Assembly (NCBI GenBank): GCA_037133115.1
Contig: JBAXOU010000003.1
Span: 1-42,602, forward strand
Reading direction: 5' to 3'
Length of the DNA stretch: 42,602 nt
From: Planctomycetota bacterium
GTDB lineage: Bacteria; Planctomycetota; Planctomycetia; Pirellulales; UBA1268
The number at the start of each line of letters is the position of its first letter. Position 1 is the first letter of the stretch. This document shows, piece by piece, positions 8,450 through 17,395 of this stretch. The position numbers were made by a program, and so were the translations under genes. Below the pieces are notes generated by a model that was given only the letters and a program-made list of their open reading frames with translations, was not told the origin of the DNA and made no database searches.

Positions 8450-11194
8450 TCAGCCCGGAATGCCCTGCAGCGCGTCGAGTTGTCTGCCGGCGGCATCGAC
8501 CTCCGCCTGCTTCGCGGTCACGACCGCACGCTTCTCCACGCTCGCCTGCACCGCGTCGGCCAACGCCTTGGCGGCCGCCGCCAACTCGGCGTCGACCACC
8601 GGCAGCGCTGCGGTCAGGGCGGTAAGGTCGGCCTTGTGCTTGTCGCCGGCCGCCCGCATGTCGACGATCGCCTTCTCCCAGGCCGCCTTCTCGGCTATCA
8701 AGGCGGCGAGCCCATCCTGCTCCTGCTTGAGCTGTACCCGCTTGGCATCGAGCGCGGCGCCGACGCCCGCCCGCGCCTGTTTGAGGGTGGCGTCGTCGGG
8801 CGCGGCTGCCAGGCCCGTGTCGAGGCTCTTCGTCGATTCGTCGATCGCCGCGATCGCCTGCAGCGATTTTTCGATGGCCCCCTGGGCAACGATGAGTTCA
8901 CCGCCGCGCTTCTCGATCTGGCCGGTGAGCACCTGCGTTGCCTGCTCCCCCTGCGCGATGGCCGCCGTCAGGGAGGCGATCTGCTTCAGCATGCCGTCCT
9001 TCTTCGCGACGACGACCTGCTGCGCCTGCTCGTCGGCCTGCCGCCTGGCCTCCGTCTGGGCCAGGTCCGCCTCCGCCTGCCCGAGCACCTGCTCGCGTTC
9101 GGCGAGCACCGTGGCGAGGCCGACGTAGTTCGACTGAAACACCACCTCGGCGAGCCAGTGGGCGTGGGCCGCGGCGGCCTGGTCGAGTTGGGCCTTGAGC
9201 GCATCGGCCAGGGCGGCCGCCTGCTGGTGCTTCGTCGTGGCGGCGGCGACCGTGGCATCGGTCTGTGCCAACTTCTGCCCGGCCACATCGGCGACGATCT
9301 TGGCCTGGTCGCGCGGTCCGGTGGCTGCCACGACCTGCTGTTCCGCCAACGTGATTGCCGCGGCACGGTTGTCGAGTTCCGCCTTCTGGGGCTCGCGGCG
9401 TCCTTGCGCTTCGGCCTGCTTCGCCTGGGCGGCGACCAGGGCCTGATTCGCCGCCTCCTTGGCAATGGCGTCCTCTCCGGCGGCCCCGACGGCGGCCGTC
9501 GCTGCCTGCACCTCCGCGGCCGCGGCCGCGATCTGCTGGTCGATCGCCGGCAGCGCCGCGGCGGCCTCGGCGTGCGACTGCTTCACGGCCGCGACCGCGG
9601 CGGTGGCGGCATCGACCTGCTTCTGGGTTTCTGCGAGCGGGCCGTCGGCGGCCGTCTTGGCTGCGAGGGCGGCCGCACGCTCCTGGCTGGCCGCTGCCAT
9701 CTCGGTGGCCGCGGCCGCGACGGCCTGCGTGCCCTCGGCGAGTTTTGCCTGCCGGGCGGCCACCTCGCGATCGGCGGCTCCTGCGCGGTCGGCCAGCGAG
9801 ATCGGATTGGGATCGAGCGTGCCGACGCGGGCGCCATCCGCCGCATTCCACACCCGGATCTCACCGGTCCAGTCGCCGACCAGGAGCCGATTTGTCTCAT
9901 CGCAGAAGGACGCGGCGAGGCCGACATCGGCACAGGCCTCGAAGGCCCGCTCCTGCGTGCCGTCGGGCGTCCAGAGCTTGGGCGTCTTGTCGCGGCCCAC
10001 CGACACGAGCCTGCCGTCGCGGGCAAATTCCACCGCCGCCGCACCGCCGCCGTGCGCTGCCCAGGCCTTCACCTGGCTGCCATTCTCCAGTTCCCAGAGC
10101 CGGATCTGGCCGTCCTCGCAACTCGTGGCGACCATGTTCGAGTCGGACCGCCAGGCGATGCCGGTGACGCTCGCCGGATGAGACTGCAGCGTGAGGAAAT
10201 CGCGGCCGCTCGTCGCTTCCCAGATGACGACGCCACCGGCACGGTCGCCCGTCGCCAGGAGCGCGCCATCGGGGCTGTAGGCAGCCGCGGTGATCCAGTC
10301 GGTGTGTTTGGTGAGATCGTGCAGTTTCTGCCCAGTCTCGAGTGAATACACGCGCACGGCCCGCTGCGGGCCGCCGAACGCCACGAGCCGCTGGTCGGGG
10401 CTCATGTCGGCGGCGAGAACGACGTCGAGTTCGTCACCGAGCGTGCGAATTCGCCGACCGCTCTTCACGCTCCAGATGGCGACCCGACCGCTTGCGGCGC
10501 CGACGCCACCGCCGGCAAGCACGATTCCACCGCCAGCGCTGAACTTGACGACATGCGGCCGACCCTCGGGAAACGGGAGTACCCCGGCCAACTGCAGCGA
10601 GTCGGTGCGGTAGAGCAGCACCTGTTTCTGTCCGCAAACGGCGGCCAGCGGCGCCCACGGGCTCGTCGCGATCGACGCACAGACGTCGAGGCGCGGGGTG
10701 CGGATCACGGGCTCGAGCGGGAGGCGCGCGGGCAGCGGCGGCGCCGCGGGGCGGGCCGTTGCCGGCGCGGTCATCGCGATCTCAACCCTCTTCACCGGCA
10801 CCGCGGCAACGCTGCCCTTGTTCTCGAGCACGCCGCCATCGATCCAGGCGCGAAGTGCCTGCCGCTCAGGCTCGGGGATCGGCGGCGCGTCGGGGGGCAT
10901 CACCGGCTCGTCGTCGTGGTTGACGACACGGAAGAGGTGGCTGCGGTTGGCGTCGCCCGGCACGATCACCTCGCCCGACCCGCCGCCGGCCATGATCCCC
11001 GCGTAGCTGGTGACGTCGAGGCCGGCCGTCTTCTTGTCGGCGTTGTGGCAGGAGCCGCAGCGCTGCCGGAGCACCGGCAGCGCGTTGTCGACGAACGTCA
11101 CCCTCTCCTCAGCGCGGAGCGGGCCGCCGGCCACCGCAGCGGCACACGCTGCGGCCAAGGTGAGGCGGTGAAGGCAGGCTGGGCGACGCTTCAT
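8450..11194 (-). CDS. Planctomycete cytochrome c domain + WD40 repeats + long Ala/Gln-rich coiled coil
   Basis: Signal peptide, CGSCH...MPP...WIDGG (PSCyt1), WD40 repeats (KHTDWITAAAYSPDG, DGQIRLWE), C-terminal heptad-rich region. Confidence 0.88.
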   Translation of the reverse strand: MKRRPACLHRLTLAAACAAAVAGGPLRAEERVTFVDNALPVLRQRCGSCHNADKKTAGLDVTSYAGIMAGGGSGEVIVPGDANRSHLFRVVNHDDEPVMPPDAPPIPEPERQALRAWIDGGVLENKGSVAAVPVKRVEIAMTAPATARPAAPPLPARLPLEPVIRTPRLDVCASIATSPWAPLAAVCGQKQVLLYRTDSLQLAGVLPFPEGRPHVVKFSAGGGIVLAGGGVGAASGRVAIWSVKSGRRIRTLGDELDVVLAADMSPDQRLVAFGGPQRAVRVYSLETGQKLHDLTKHTDWITAAAYSPDGALLATGDRAGGVVIWEATSGRDFLTLQSHPASVTGIAWRSDSNMVATSCEDGQIRLWELENGSQVKAWAAHGGGAAAVEFARDGRLVSVGRDKTPKLWTPDGTQERAFEACADVGLAASFCDETNRLLVGDWTGEIRVWNAADGARVGTLDPNPISLADRAGAADREVAARQAKLAEGTQAVAAAATEMAAASQERAAALAAKTAADGPLAETQKQVDAATAAVAAVKQSHAEAAAALPAIDQQIAAAAAEVQAATAAVGAAGEDAIAKEAANQALVAAQAKQAEAQGRREPQKAELDNRAAAITLAEQQVVAATGPRDQAKIVADVAGQKLAQTDATVAAATTKHQQAAALADALKAQLDQAAAAHAHWLAEVVFQSNYVGLATVLAEREQVLGQAEADLAQTEARRQADEQAQQVVVAKKDGMLKQIASLTAAIAQGEQATQVLTGQIEKRGGELIVAQGAIEKSLQAIAAIDESTKSLDTGLAAAPDDATLKQARAGVGAALDAKRVQLKQEQDGLAALIAEKAAWEKAIVDMRAAGDKHKADLTALTAALPVVDAELAAAAKALADAVQASVEKRAVVTAKQAEVDAAGRQLDALQGIPG

Positions 11195-11196
11195 GA

Positions 11197-13401
11197 TCAG
11201 TGGTTGAAAACGAACTCTCGCGAGTTGAGGATCGCCCAGAAGCTGTCCTCCAGATTCCGCTGGATGGCTGCCGGATCCTGGGCGGCGGGATCCTGCAGGA
11301 TCTCGAGGAGCGCCGTGCGCTCCTTCTCGGTGGGCATGCGCGTGAGCGTGCGCAGGTAGACCTCCTCGACGATCTGCTCGGCAGAGCGATTCTCGTCGAG
11401 CATCCGCTTGACCACGCCGCCGGAAGCGATCTTTTCCTGCACGGTGTCGCCGTTGAGCAGGTGCAGGGCCTGCGAGAGATTCGGCTCCATCTTCACCTCG
11501 CAGGAGCAGGCCGTGCCCCGCGTGGCGCGGCCGAAGGTGGTGAGGAAGTAGCTGCTCGTGTTGCCATCGGCGATCTGCACCGCGCGGGCCCCGAGCGGCA
11601 GGCCCTGGAACTTGTTTTGCGTGGCCGTGGCGGCAGTGACCACGTCGAGGAGCACCTCGGAGCGGATCCGCCGCAGCCGGGCCTTCGAGAAATTTCGGTC
11701 GTCGTCGGCGTTGGTTTCGTTGGCCTGCGTCGAACGCTGATAGGCATTCGACGTGCAGATCTCGCGGACAAGTTGCTTGAAGTCGTACTTCGACTCCACG
11801 AACCGTGTGGCGAGGACGTCAAGCAACGCCTTGTTCACGGGCGGATTGCTCACCCGCACGTCGTCCACTTCGTCGACGATGCCGGAGCCGAAGAAGTGAG
11901 CCCAGACGATGTTGACGAGGTTGCGGCCGAAGTATTCGTTCGCCGGCGAGGCGAGCCAGTCGGCCAGCACTTCGCGGCGGTCGCGGCCCTGCGTGTCGGG
12001 CACGGCACCGCCGAGGAACTTCGGCGGCACGACGCGGCCGCCCACGGGATGCTTGACGTCGCCATTGCCGGAGTTGAAGACGATCGTCTCACGGGGATCC
12101 TCGCCGCGCTTGCGGCCGATCTGGGCGAAGAAGTTGGCGAAGCCGTAGTAGTCATCCATCGTCCAGCGGTCGAAGGGATGGTTGTGGCACTGGGCGCACT
12201 GGATCCGCATCCCCATGAACACCTGCGCTACGTTCTCGGCCGTCTTGAGCGTGTCGCGCTCGTGCTGGAAGTAGTTCGTGGCCGGCTCCGTGAACGTGCC
12301 CCCCTTGGCGGAGAGCAGCTCGCGGACGAGCTGGTCGATCGGCGTGTTGGCCTCGATACGCTCCTGGAGCCAGTTGTAGTAGAGGAGCATCGCCTTGTAG
12401 CTGACCTCGTTGGGCACCGTGCGGATCATCATCAGTTCCGACCATTTCATCACCCAGAGGTCGACGAACTCCTTCCGCACGAGGAGCTGGTCGACGAGCG
12501 CAGCCCGCTTCTGGGGGTCGGCGCTCGCCATGAATGAGCGGTATTCATCGGAGGTGGGGAGCACACCGCAGATGTCGAGGCTCGCCCGGCGGAGAAACTC
12601 CTCGTCGGTGCAGATGGCCGACGGGTTGATCCGCAGTTTCTGCAGCTTGGCGTGGATGAGCTCGTCGATCACGTTGGCCGCGGGCGGGTTCGTCCACTGG
12701 AAGGCAAGGCCCTTGGGCAGCGTGATGAAGTGGGAACCGACCGTGTGGGTCTCGAACCGGGCCATCACGAACGCCTCGCCGCGGTTGCCGGCGGTGACGA
12801 GGCCGGTGGCGTCGACCTTGGCCGCATTGTCGTTGTTCGTGAGAAACACGGCGAGCGACGTCACGTCGCGCTCGCTGCCATCGGCATACTTCGCCCGCAC
12901 GGAGAGCTGCTGGGTCGCGCCCGCGCCGTCGAGCACGCCTTCGGGTGGTTCGAGCACCACGGCGACGACGGCCGGCACGGGGCCGGGATCATTTTTCGCG
13001 CCGGTGTCGAGCCAGCGCTTGAGCGTGTTGTAGTACTCGTCTCCGGGCTTGATCCGGGCGCCGCCCCCATGCGGCACGGCATTGGTCGCCTTCGTGAGCA
13101 GAAAGCTCTCGGCAGTGAGGGCGAGGTTGATGCGCCGGCCGCTGATCTCGCGCGTGATCCTCTGGTAATCGGCCTCAGGATCGAACCCGAAGAGCGAGAG
13201 CCGAAAGCCGTCCTTGCCGCGGGCGGCGCCGTGGCAGCTGCCCGTGTTGCAGCCACTCCGCATGAGGATCGGCATCACGTCGAGCCGGAAGCTCGGGCCA
13301 GGGTCCTCGGACGCAGGCGCAACGCGGTGGCCGAGCAGCGCGAGGAGGATCGCGACGGTAACGAGCGACTGCTGCGGAAAGCGGTGTTGCAAAGGTTTCA
13401 T
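11197..13401 (-). CDS. DUF1549/DUF1553 (PSD1) protein with Ig-like (Big_2) domain
   Basis: CNTGSCHG, GFRLSLFGFDP, DEEFLRRASLD, CAQCHNHPFD, RIRSEVLLD, QALHLLNG, SREFVFNH. Start taken at ATG 13401. Confidence 0.9.
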   Translation of the reverse strand: MKPLQHRFPQQSLVTVAILLALLGHRVAPASEDPGPSFRLDVMPILMRSGCNTGSCHGAARGKDGFRLSLFGFDPEADYQRITREISGRRINLALTAESFLLTKATNAVPHGGGARIKPGDEYYNTLKRWLDTGAKNDPGPVPAVVAVVLEPPEGVLDGAGATQQLSVRAKYADGSERDVTSLAVFLTNNDNAAKVDATGLVTAGNRGEAFVMARFETHTVGSHFITLPKGLAFQWTNPPAANVIDELIHAKLQKLRINPSAICTDEEFLRRASLDICGVLPTSDEYRSFMASADPQKRAALVDQLLVRKEFVDLWVMKWSELMMIRTVPNEVSYKAMLLYYNWLQERIEANTPIDQLVRELLSAKGGTFTEPATNYFQHERDTLKTAENVAQVFMGMRIQCAQCHNHPFDRWTMDDYYGFANFFAQIGRKRGEDPRETIVFNSGNGDVKHPVGGRVVPPKFLGGAVPDTQGRDRREVLADWLASPANEYFGRNLVNIVWAHFFGSGIVDEVDDVRVSNPPVNKALLDVLATRFVESKYDFKQLVREICTSNAYQRSTQANETNADDDRNFSKARLRRIRSEVLLDVVTAATATQNKFQGLPLGARAVQIADGNTSSYFLTTFGRATRGTACSCEVKMEPNLSQALHLLNGDTVQEKIASGGVVKRMLDENRSAEQIVEEVYLRTLTRMPTEKERTALLEILQDPAAQDPAAIQRNLEDSFWAILNSREFVFNH

Positions 13402-13418
13402 GGTGTTGCCGCCCAACC

Positions 13419-15875
13419 CTACTTCGTGCCACCGGCCTGCTGGCGGAGTTTTTCCAGCCGCGTCAGCGGCTTGGCCGCGGGCGGCGCTGGCGGAGGCGGT
13501 GCCGCGGCCTCGGCCGGAGTCGCGGGGGCGGCCGGAGCAGGCTGGGCGATCTGCAGTTCGGTGGCGCCGCCCGACATCCGCGTCTGCGCGCCGTTGACGG
13601 GCGTCAGCAACTCCACGAACACCGACTTGTGGTTGCCCGCCGGGCTCTTGGCGGTCGTGGCCACCTCAAACACGATATCCTTCGTGTCTTTCGTGAATTT
13701 GAGTTCCGGAGCGGTCGCTTCCGGCGGCAGGCCGTGGAGCCGCGCGATCGCCTCGCCTTCGAACGGCCTCACCTGTGCGAGCGTGCAGGCGATCTGGGCC
13801 GGTTGGCCCTGCTCGCAAGAGGCCCGCGCGAGCGTCGCCGTGGTGAACGGCTCGGCCACTTCGAGCGGCGTCAGTTGGGACGCCACCCACGCCGTGCCGC
13901 CCACGTCGGCTGCGGCGATGCAATAGACCTGCCAGGCGCCCACCGCCGCCTTGCCGTCGGCGTTGATCTGGTAGATACCCTCCCACGCGTCGGCCGGAAT
14001 CGTGATCGACGGTGCCGCGCCGACTCCGGGCGGACGAAACGGCAACTCAACCGTGACGGGCTGCGTGAATCCCGCTCCGCGCCGCACGATCACCTTCAGA
14101 TCGAGCACGCCATTTTTCAGGAGCGGGGCCTGCGGGGGGGCGATCTCGACATGAAACGGCACCGCGTCGATCACCGCCACGGCAAGCTTCTCGGCGTGGC
14201 CGCTGTAATGGACGGCGTTGTTCGGGTCGCCGAGCACGAAGTCGGCTTCGTTCTCAAAGTGTCCGCGGACCCCCGCCTTGCCCTCGGGATCCTGCTCCGT
14301 GACCTGCTTCGCCTCGAACGTGATCATTTTTCCGGCGAGCGGCGCGTCGGCAGCCGCCTCGAAGACGACGGGCACCTGCGTCTGCCCGGCCCTCATCACG
14401 GGCGCCGTCATCGAGAGTCCGGCGGGCAACTGGCCCCCGTCGAGCACGAGGTCGCCGTCGAAGTTTTTGCGCGCCGCGTTCACGAGCACGGCGTAGCGGT
14501 TGCCACGCGGCACGAACACGGTCTGTCGCGTCTGCGAATAGCGGTCGATGCGGGGGATCGAGAGGGAAAGGGCCGGCTGCGCCGGCTCGAACTCGATGCG
14601 ATAGGTGAAGTCGGGCTGGCCGCGGCCAAGATGATCCTTGACTTGCAGGATGTAGTCGCCGTCCTCCGGGGCGTCGAACGTGTAGACCGAGTCGGGGCCC
14701 TGCGCGTCGTCGTTGCCGCCTACGTTCTTGCCGTCGGCGTTCAGGACGTGGATCACCGAATCGAGCCCCGAGCGCAGGCCGCGGGCATGGCACTTCACCT
14801 GGAACGACTGCCCCTTCTTCGCCCCAAACCGGAAGTGGTCGAAGTCGCCGGGGTGGCCGATGGTGCCGTTGAACGCGAGCGCTGCGTCGCCGGGGGTGGC
14901 CGTCTTGATCTCGTCGTTGGGCTCCTGCTCGAGCGTGTTGCCATAGCCCGAAATCCGAAACGGTAGCGCCGAGGGGCAGATGCCGCCGTCGTCGGTGGCG
15001 AACAGCGGGTGGACGCCGCCGACCGGCCCGGGGGGCACGTCGATCTCGCGCTCGAATGGGCCGGCCGCATCACCGAGAAACACGACTTTCAGCTTCTCCC
15101 CGGCCTTGCCGCCGGCCGGAGAGACGGCGGTGGGCCGCGGAAACGTGCCGATGTGCAGCCGATACCGCGATTCCTTGTCGCCCGCGTACGACGCCTCCCG
15201 AATCTGCACGACATAGCGGCCGTCCGCGGGTGCGACCAGCGAGAGGATGCCGTCCTGGAGCGTGGCGGGCGAGTCATCGGCGGCCGCGAGTTGAAACCGT
15301 TTCGCATCGACGATCGCGATGAAGGGATCGAAGCGATGGCTACCCAGCCGCAGGCCTTCGGCCTCGACCGACAGCCGCTGCCCCTGCTTGAGCTCGACGG
15401 CGAAGCTGTCGAGGTCTTCGGTTTCGGCGATCCCGTGCACCGTCGTGTTGAGCGGCACCGCCTGCGCCTGCTCCAGCGAGCCGTTCGGCTCGACTTCATC
15501 CGTGATCGGAAGTGCACCGACCCAAAACGAGCGATATTCGGTGATCCCTGACTTCGCCCGCACGTGCACGAGTTGCTCGCCGAGCGGGCATCCTTCGGGC
15601 ACATGCACGACGGCCTTGAACGAGTTGGCATCGACCGGTGTCAGCGATTTCACGGCGAGGCCATCCGCCGAGTGGAAGAGGATCTCCTCCGCGTCGCCGA
15701 GCCGGGCACCGGTGAACGTGAACTCGCGATCACCGCCGCGCTGGACCCCGCGGGGCAGGATGAGGGAGAGTTGTGGAAACGAGGCGGCCGCGGGGAGAGC
15801 CTGCAGCGCCGCCCCGACGAACGCTCCGAGCGTCAACCATCGCAGGCGTCGTGAAGTCATCGGATGCTCCGGCAT
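13419..15875 (-). CDS. PPC (pre-peptidase C-terminal) repeat protein typical of DUF1501/DUF1553 operons
   Basis: Signal peptide, PRGVQRG, EVEPNG and EQEPND repeats, YRLHIGTFPRP, Pro/Ala-rich tail. Confidence 0.85.
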   Translation of the reverse strand: MPEHPMTSRRLRWLTLGAFVGAALQALPAAASFPQLSLILPRGVQRGGDREFTFTGARLGDAEEILFHSADGLAVKSLTPVDANSFKAVVHVPEGCPLGEQLVHVRAKSGITEYRSFWVGALPITDEVEPNGSLEQAQAVPLNTTVHGIAETEDLDSFAVELKQGQRLSVEAEGLRLGSHRFDPFIAIVDAKRFQLAAADDSPATLQDGILSLVAPADGRYVVQIREASYAGDKESRYRLHIGTFPRPTAVSPAGGKAGEKLKVVFLGDAAGPFEREIDVPPGPVGGVHPLFATDDGGICPSALPFRISGYGNTLEQEPNDEIKTATPGDAALAFNGTIGHPGDFDHFRFGAKKGQSFQVKCHARGLRSGLDSVIHVLNADGKNVGGNDDAQGPDSVYTFDAPEDGDYILQVKDHLGRGQPDFTYRIEFEPAQPALSLSIPRIDRYSQTRQTVFVPRGNRYAVLVNAARKNFDGDLVLDGGQLPAGLSMTAPVMRAGQTQVPVVFEAAADAPLAGKMITFEAKQVTEQDPEGKAGVRGHFENEADFVLGDPNNAVHYSGHAEKLAVAVIDAVPFHVEIAPPQAPLLKNGVLDLKVIVRRGAGFTQPVTVELPFRPPGVGAAPSITIPADAWEGIYQINADGKAAVGAWQVYCIAAADVGGTAWVASQLTPLEVAEPFTTATLARASCEQGQPAQIACTLAQVRPFEGEAIARLHGLPPEATAPELKFTKDTKDIVFEVATTAKSPAGNHKSVFVELLTPVNGAQTRMSGGATELQIAQPAPAAPATPAEAAAPPPPAPPAAKPLTRLEKLRQQAGGTK

Positions 15876-15899
15876 GCCGGGGGCGGGGAGAGCGGCTGG

Positions 15900-17204
15900 T
15901 CAGGTGATCAACGGCCCGCACACCTTCCCGCCGTCGACGATCTCGACGGGGCGGGCTCCCGGGGACATCAACTCCTTACGGGCGTCGATCCCGAGCCGGT
16001 CGTAGATCGTCGTGGCCCAGTCCTCGACGGAGAGCGGATTGTCCTCGGGCTCGCTGGCCGTCGCGTTGCTCGAGCCATGCACGATGCCGGCCTTGATGCC
16101 GCCGCCCGCCATCACGATCGAAAACACCTTCGGCCAATGGTCACGGCCCGCGGTCGGATTAATCTTCGGCGTGCGGCCAAATTCGGTGCCCACGCAGACG
16201 AGCGTCGAGGCGAGCAGGCCGCGGCGGTCGAGGTCGCGGACGAGCGTGGCGAACCCCTGGTCGAAGGGGGCCGCGTTGGTGCGCATGTTTGCCTCGATGG
16301 CGTCGTGGTGGTCCCAACTGCCGTAGGTGAGCGTGACGAACCGCACGCCCGACTCGACGAGCCGCCGCGCGAGCAGCATCCGCATGCCGGCGGGATTGCG
16401 ACCGTATTCATCCTTGATGGCGTCGGGTTCCTTCGCCATGTCGAACGCTTCCTGCGCCTTGGCGGAACTGATCAGTCCGTAGGCCCGCTGATAGAAGGTG
16501 TCGAGGGCGTCGAGCGAGTCGCCCTTCTCCTTCTGCCGAAAGTGGTCGTTAACGACGTCGAGCATCCGCCGCCGCTTGTCAAACCGGGCCACGTCGATGC
16601 CAGCCGGCAGGTTGAGGTCGCGGACCTGAAACTTGGGATCGGCCGGATCGGCGCCGAGGCTGAATCCGGAGTAGGCACTCGACAGGTAGCCCGAGCCCGC
16701 GAACTCGTTGGGGACGCTCGGGATGCAGACGTAGGCGGGTAGATTTTCGCGCGGTCCGAATTCGTGAGAGATCACAGAGCCGATGCTCGGATATTGAAGC
16801 GCCGGGCTCGGCCGATAGCCCGTGAACATGTTGTGCGTGCCGCGCTCGTGGGCCGCCTCGCCGTGGGTCATCGAGCGGCAGATCGCGAGTTTGTCGGCGA
16901 TCTTGGCCGTGTGCGGGAGCAGTTCACCAAATCGTACGCCGGGCAAAACCGTGTCGATGCTGCCCAGGGGGCCGCGGTATTCGACCGGCGCGTAGGGCTT
17001 GGGGTCGAACGTTTCCTGGTGGGCGTAGCCGCCGGGCAGGTAGATGTAGATGACCGACTTGGCGACGCCTTCCTTGGCCGGTTGGCCGGCATCGGCCCGG
17101 GCTGCCTCCATCCGAAAGAAGTCGCCGAGCGTGAGGCCCAAGCCACCAAGGGCGCCGACGGTCAGAAAGCCGCGGCGATCCACACCGTTCGAGAAGCGTG
17201 CCAT
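15900..17204 (-). CDS. DUF1501 family protein (Tat-type signal)
   Basis: DRRGFL twin-arginine motif, GGYAHQETFDPKP, LLARRLVESGVRFV, WDHH, EFGRTPKIN, GRDHW; GGAG upstream of ATG 17204. Confidence 0.92.
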   Translation of the reverse strand: MARFSNGVDRRGFLTVGALGGLGLTLGDFFRMEAARADAGQPAKEGVAKSVIYIYLPGGYAHQETFDPKPYAPVEYRGPLGSIDTVLPGVRFGELLPHTAKIADKLAICRSMTHGEAAHERGTHNMFTGYRPSPALQYPSIGSVISHEFGPRENLPAYVCIPSVPNEFAGSGYLSSAYSGFSLGADPADPKFQVRDLNLPAGIDVARFDKRRRMLDVVNDHFRQKEKGDSLDALDTFYQRAYGLISSAKAQEAFDMAKEPDAIKDEYGRNPAGMRMLLARRLVESGVRFVTLTYGSWDHHDAIEANMRTNAAPFDQGFATLVRDLDRRGLLASTLVCVGTEFGRTPKINPTAGRDHWPKVFSIVMAGGGIKAGIVHGSSNATASEPEDNPLSVEDWATTIYDRLGIDARKELMSPGARPVEIVDGGKVCGPLIT

Positions 17205-17240
17205 CGGTCTTTTTCTCCGGAACACCCGAGACCACGGCTG

Positions 17241-17246
17241 ATTATA
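17241..17246 (-). promoter_or_regulatory. Possible sigma-70 -10 box for the DUF1501 operon
   Basis: Exact TATAAT on the minus strand ~37 nt upstream of ATG 17204 in an AT-rich gap; no clear -35 box. Confidence 0.35.
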
Positions 17247-17395
17247 CGTTCCACCTCATATTTCATCGGGTTTTGACGACGTTTGGCTGCAACGCAGCAA
17301 TCGCGCCAGCGACGTAAGTCGTGACAAGGAAATAGTTTAAGGGCAGCACGGGTGGGGGTCTACCGTCGAAGGGTATGAGGGTTCTCGGCGTGGGG

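Noticed and set aside
8120-10345. Long antisense ORFs (also 18050-20350, 23356-25140, 37348-38679, 39421-40932)
   Set aside because: Shadow frames of real high-GC genes; no recognisable motifs.
17315-17339. TAAGTC...AGTTTA as a recombinase or dif-like site
   Set aside because: Symmetry is weak and there is no second copy or recombinase in the window.
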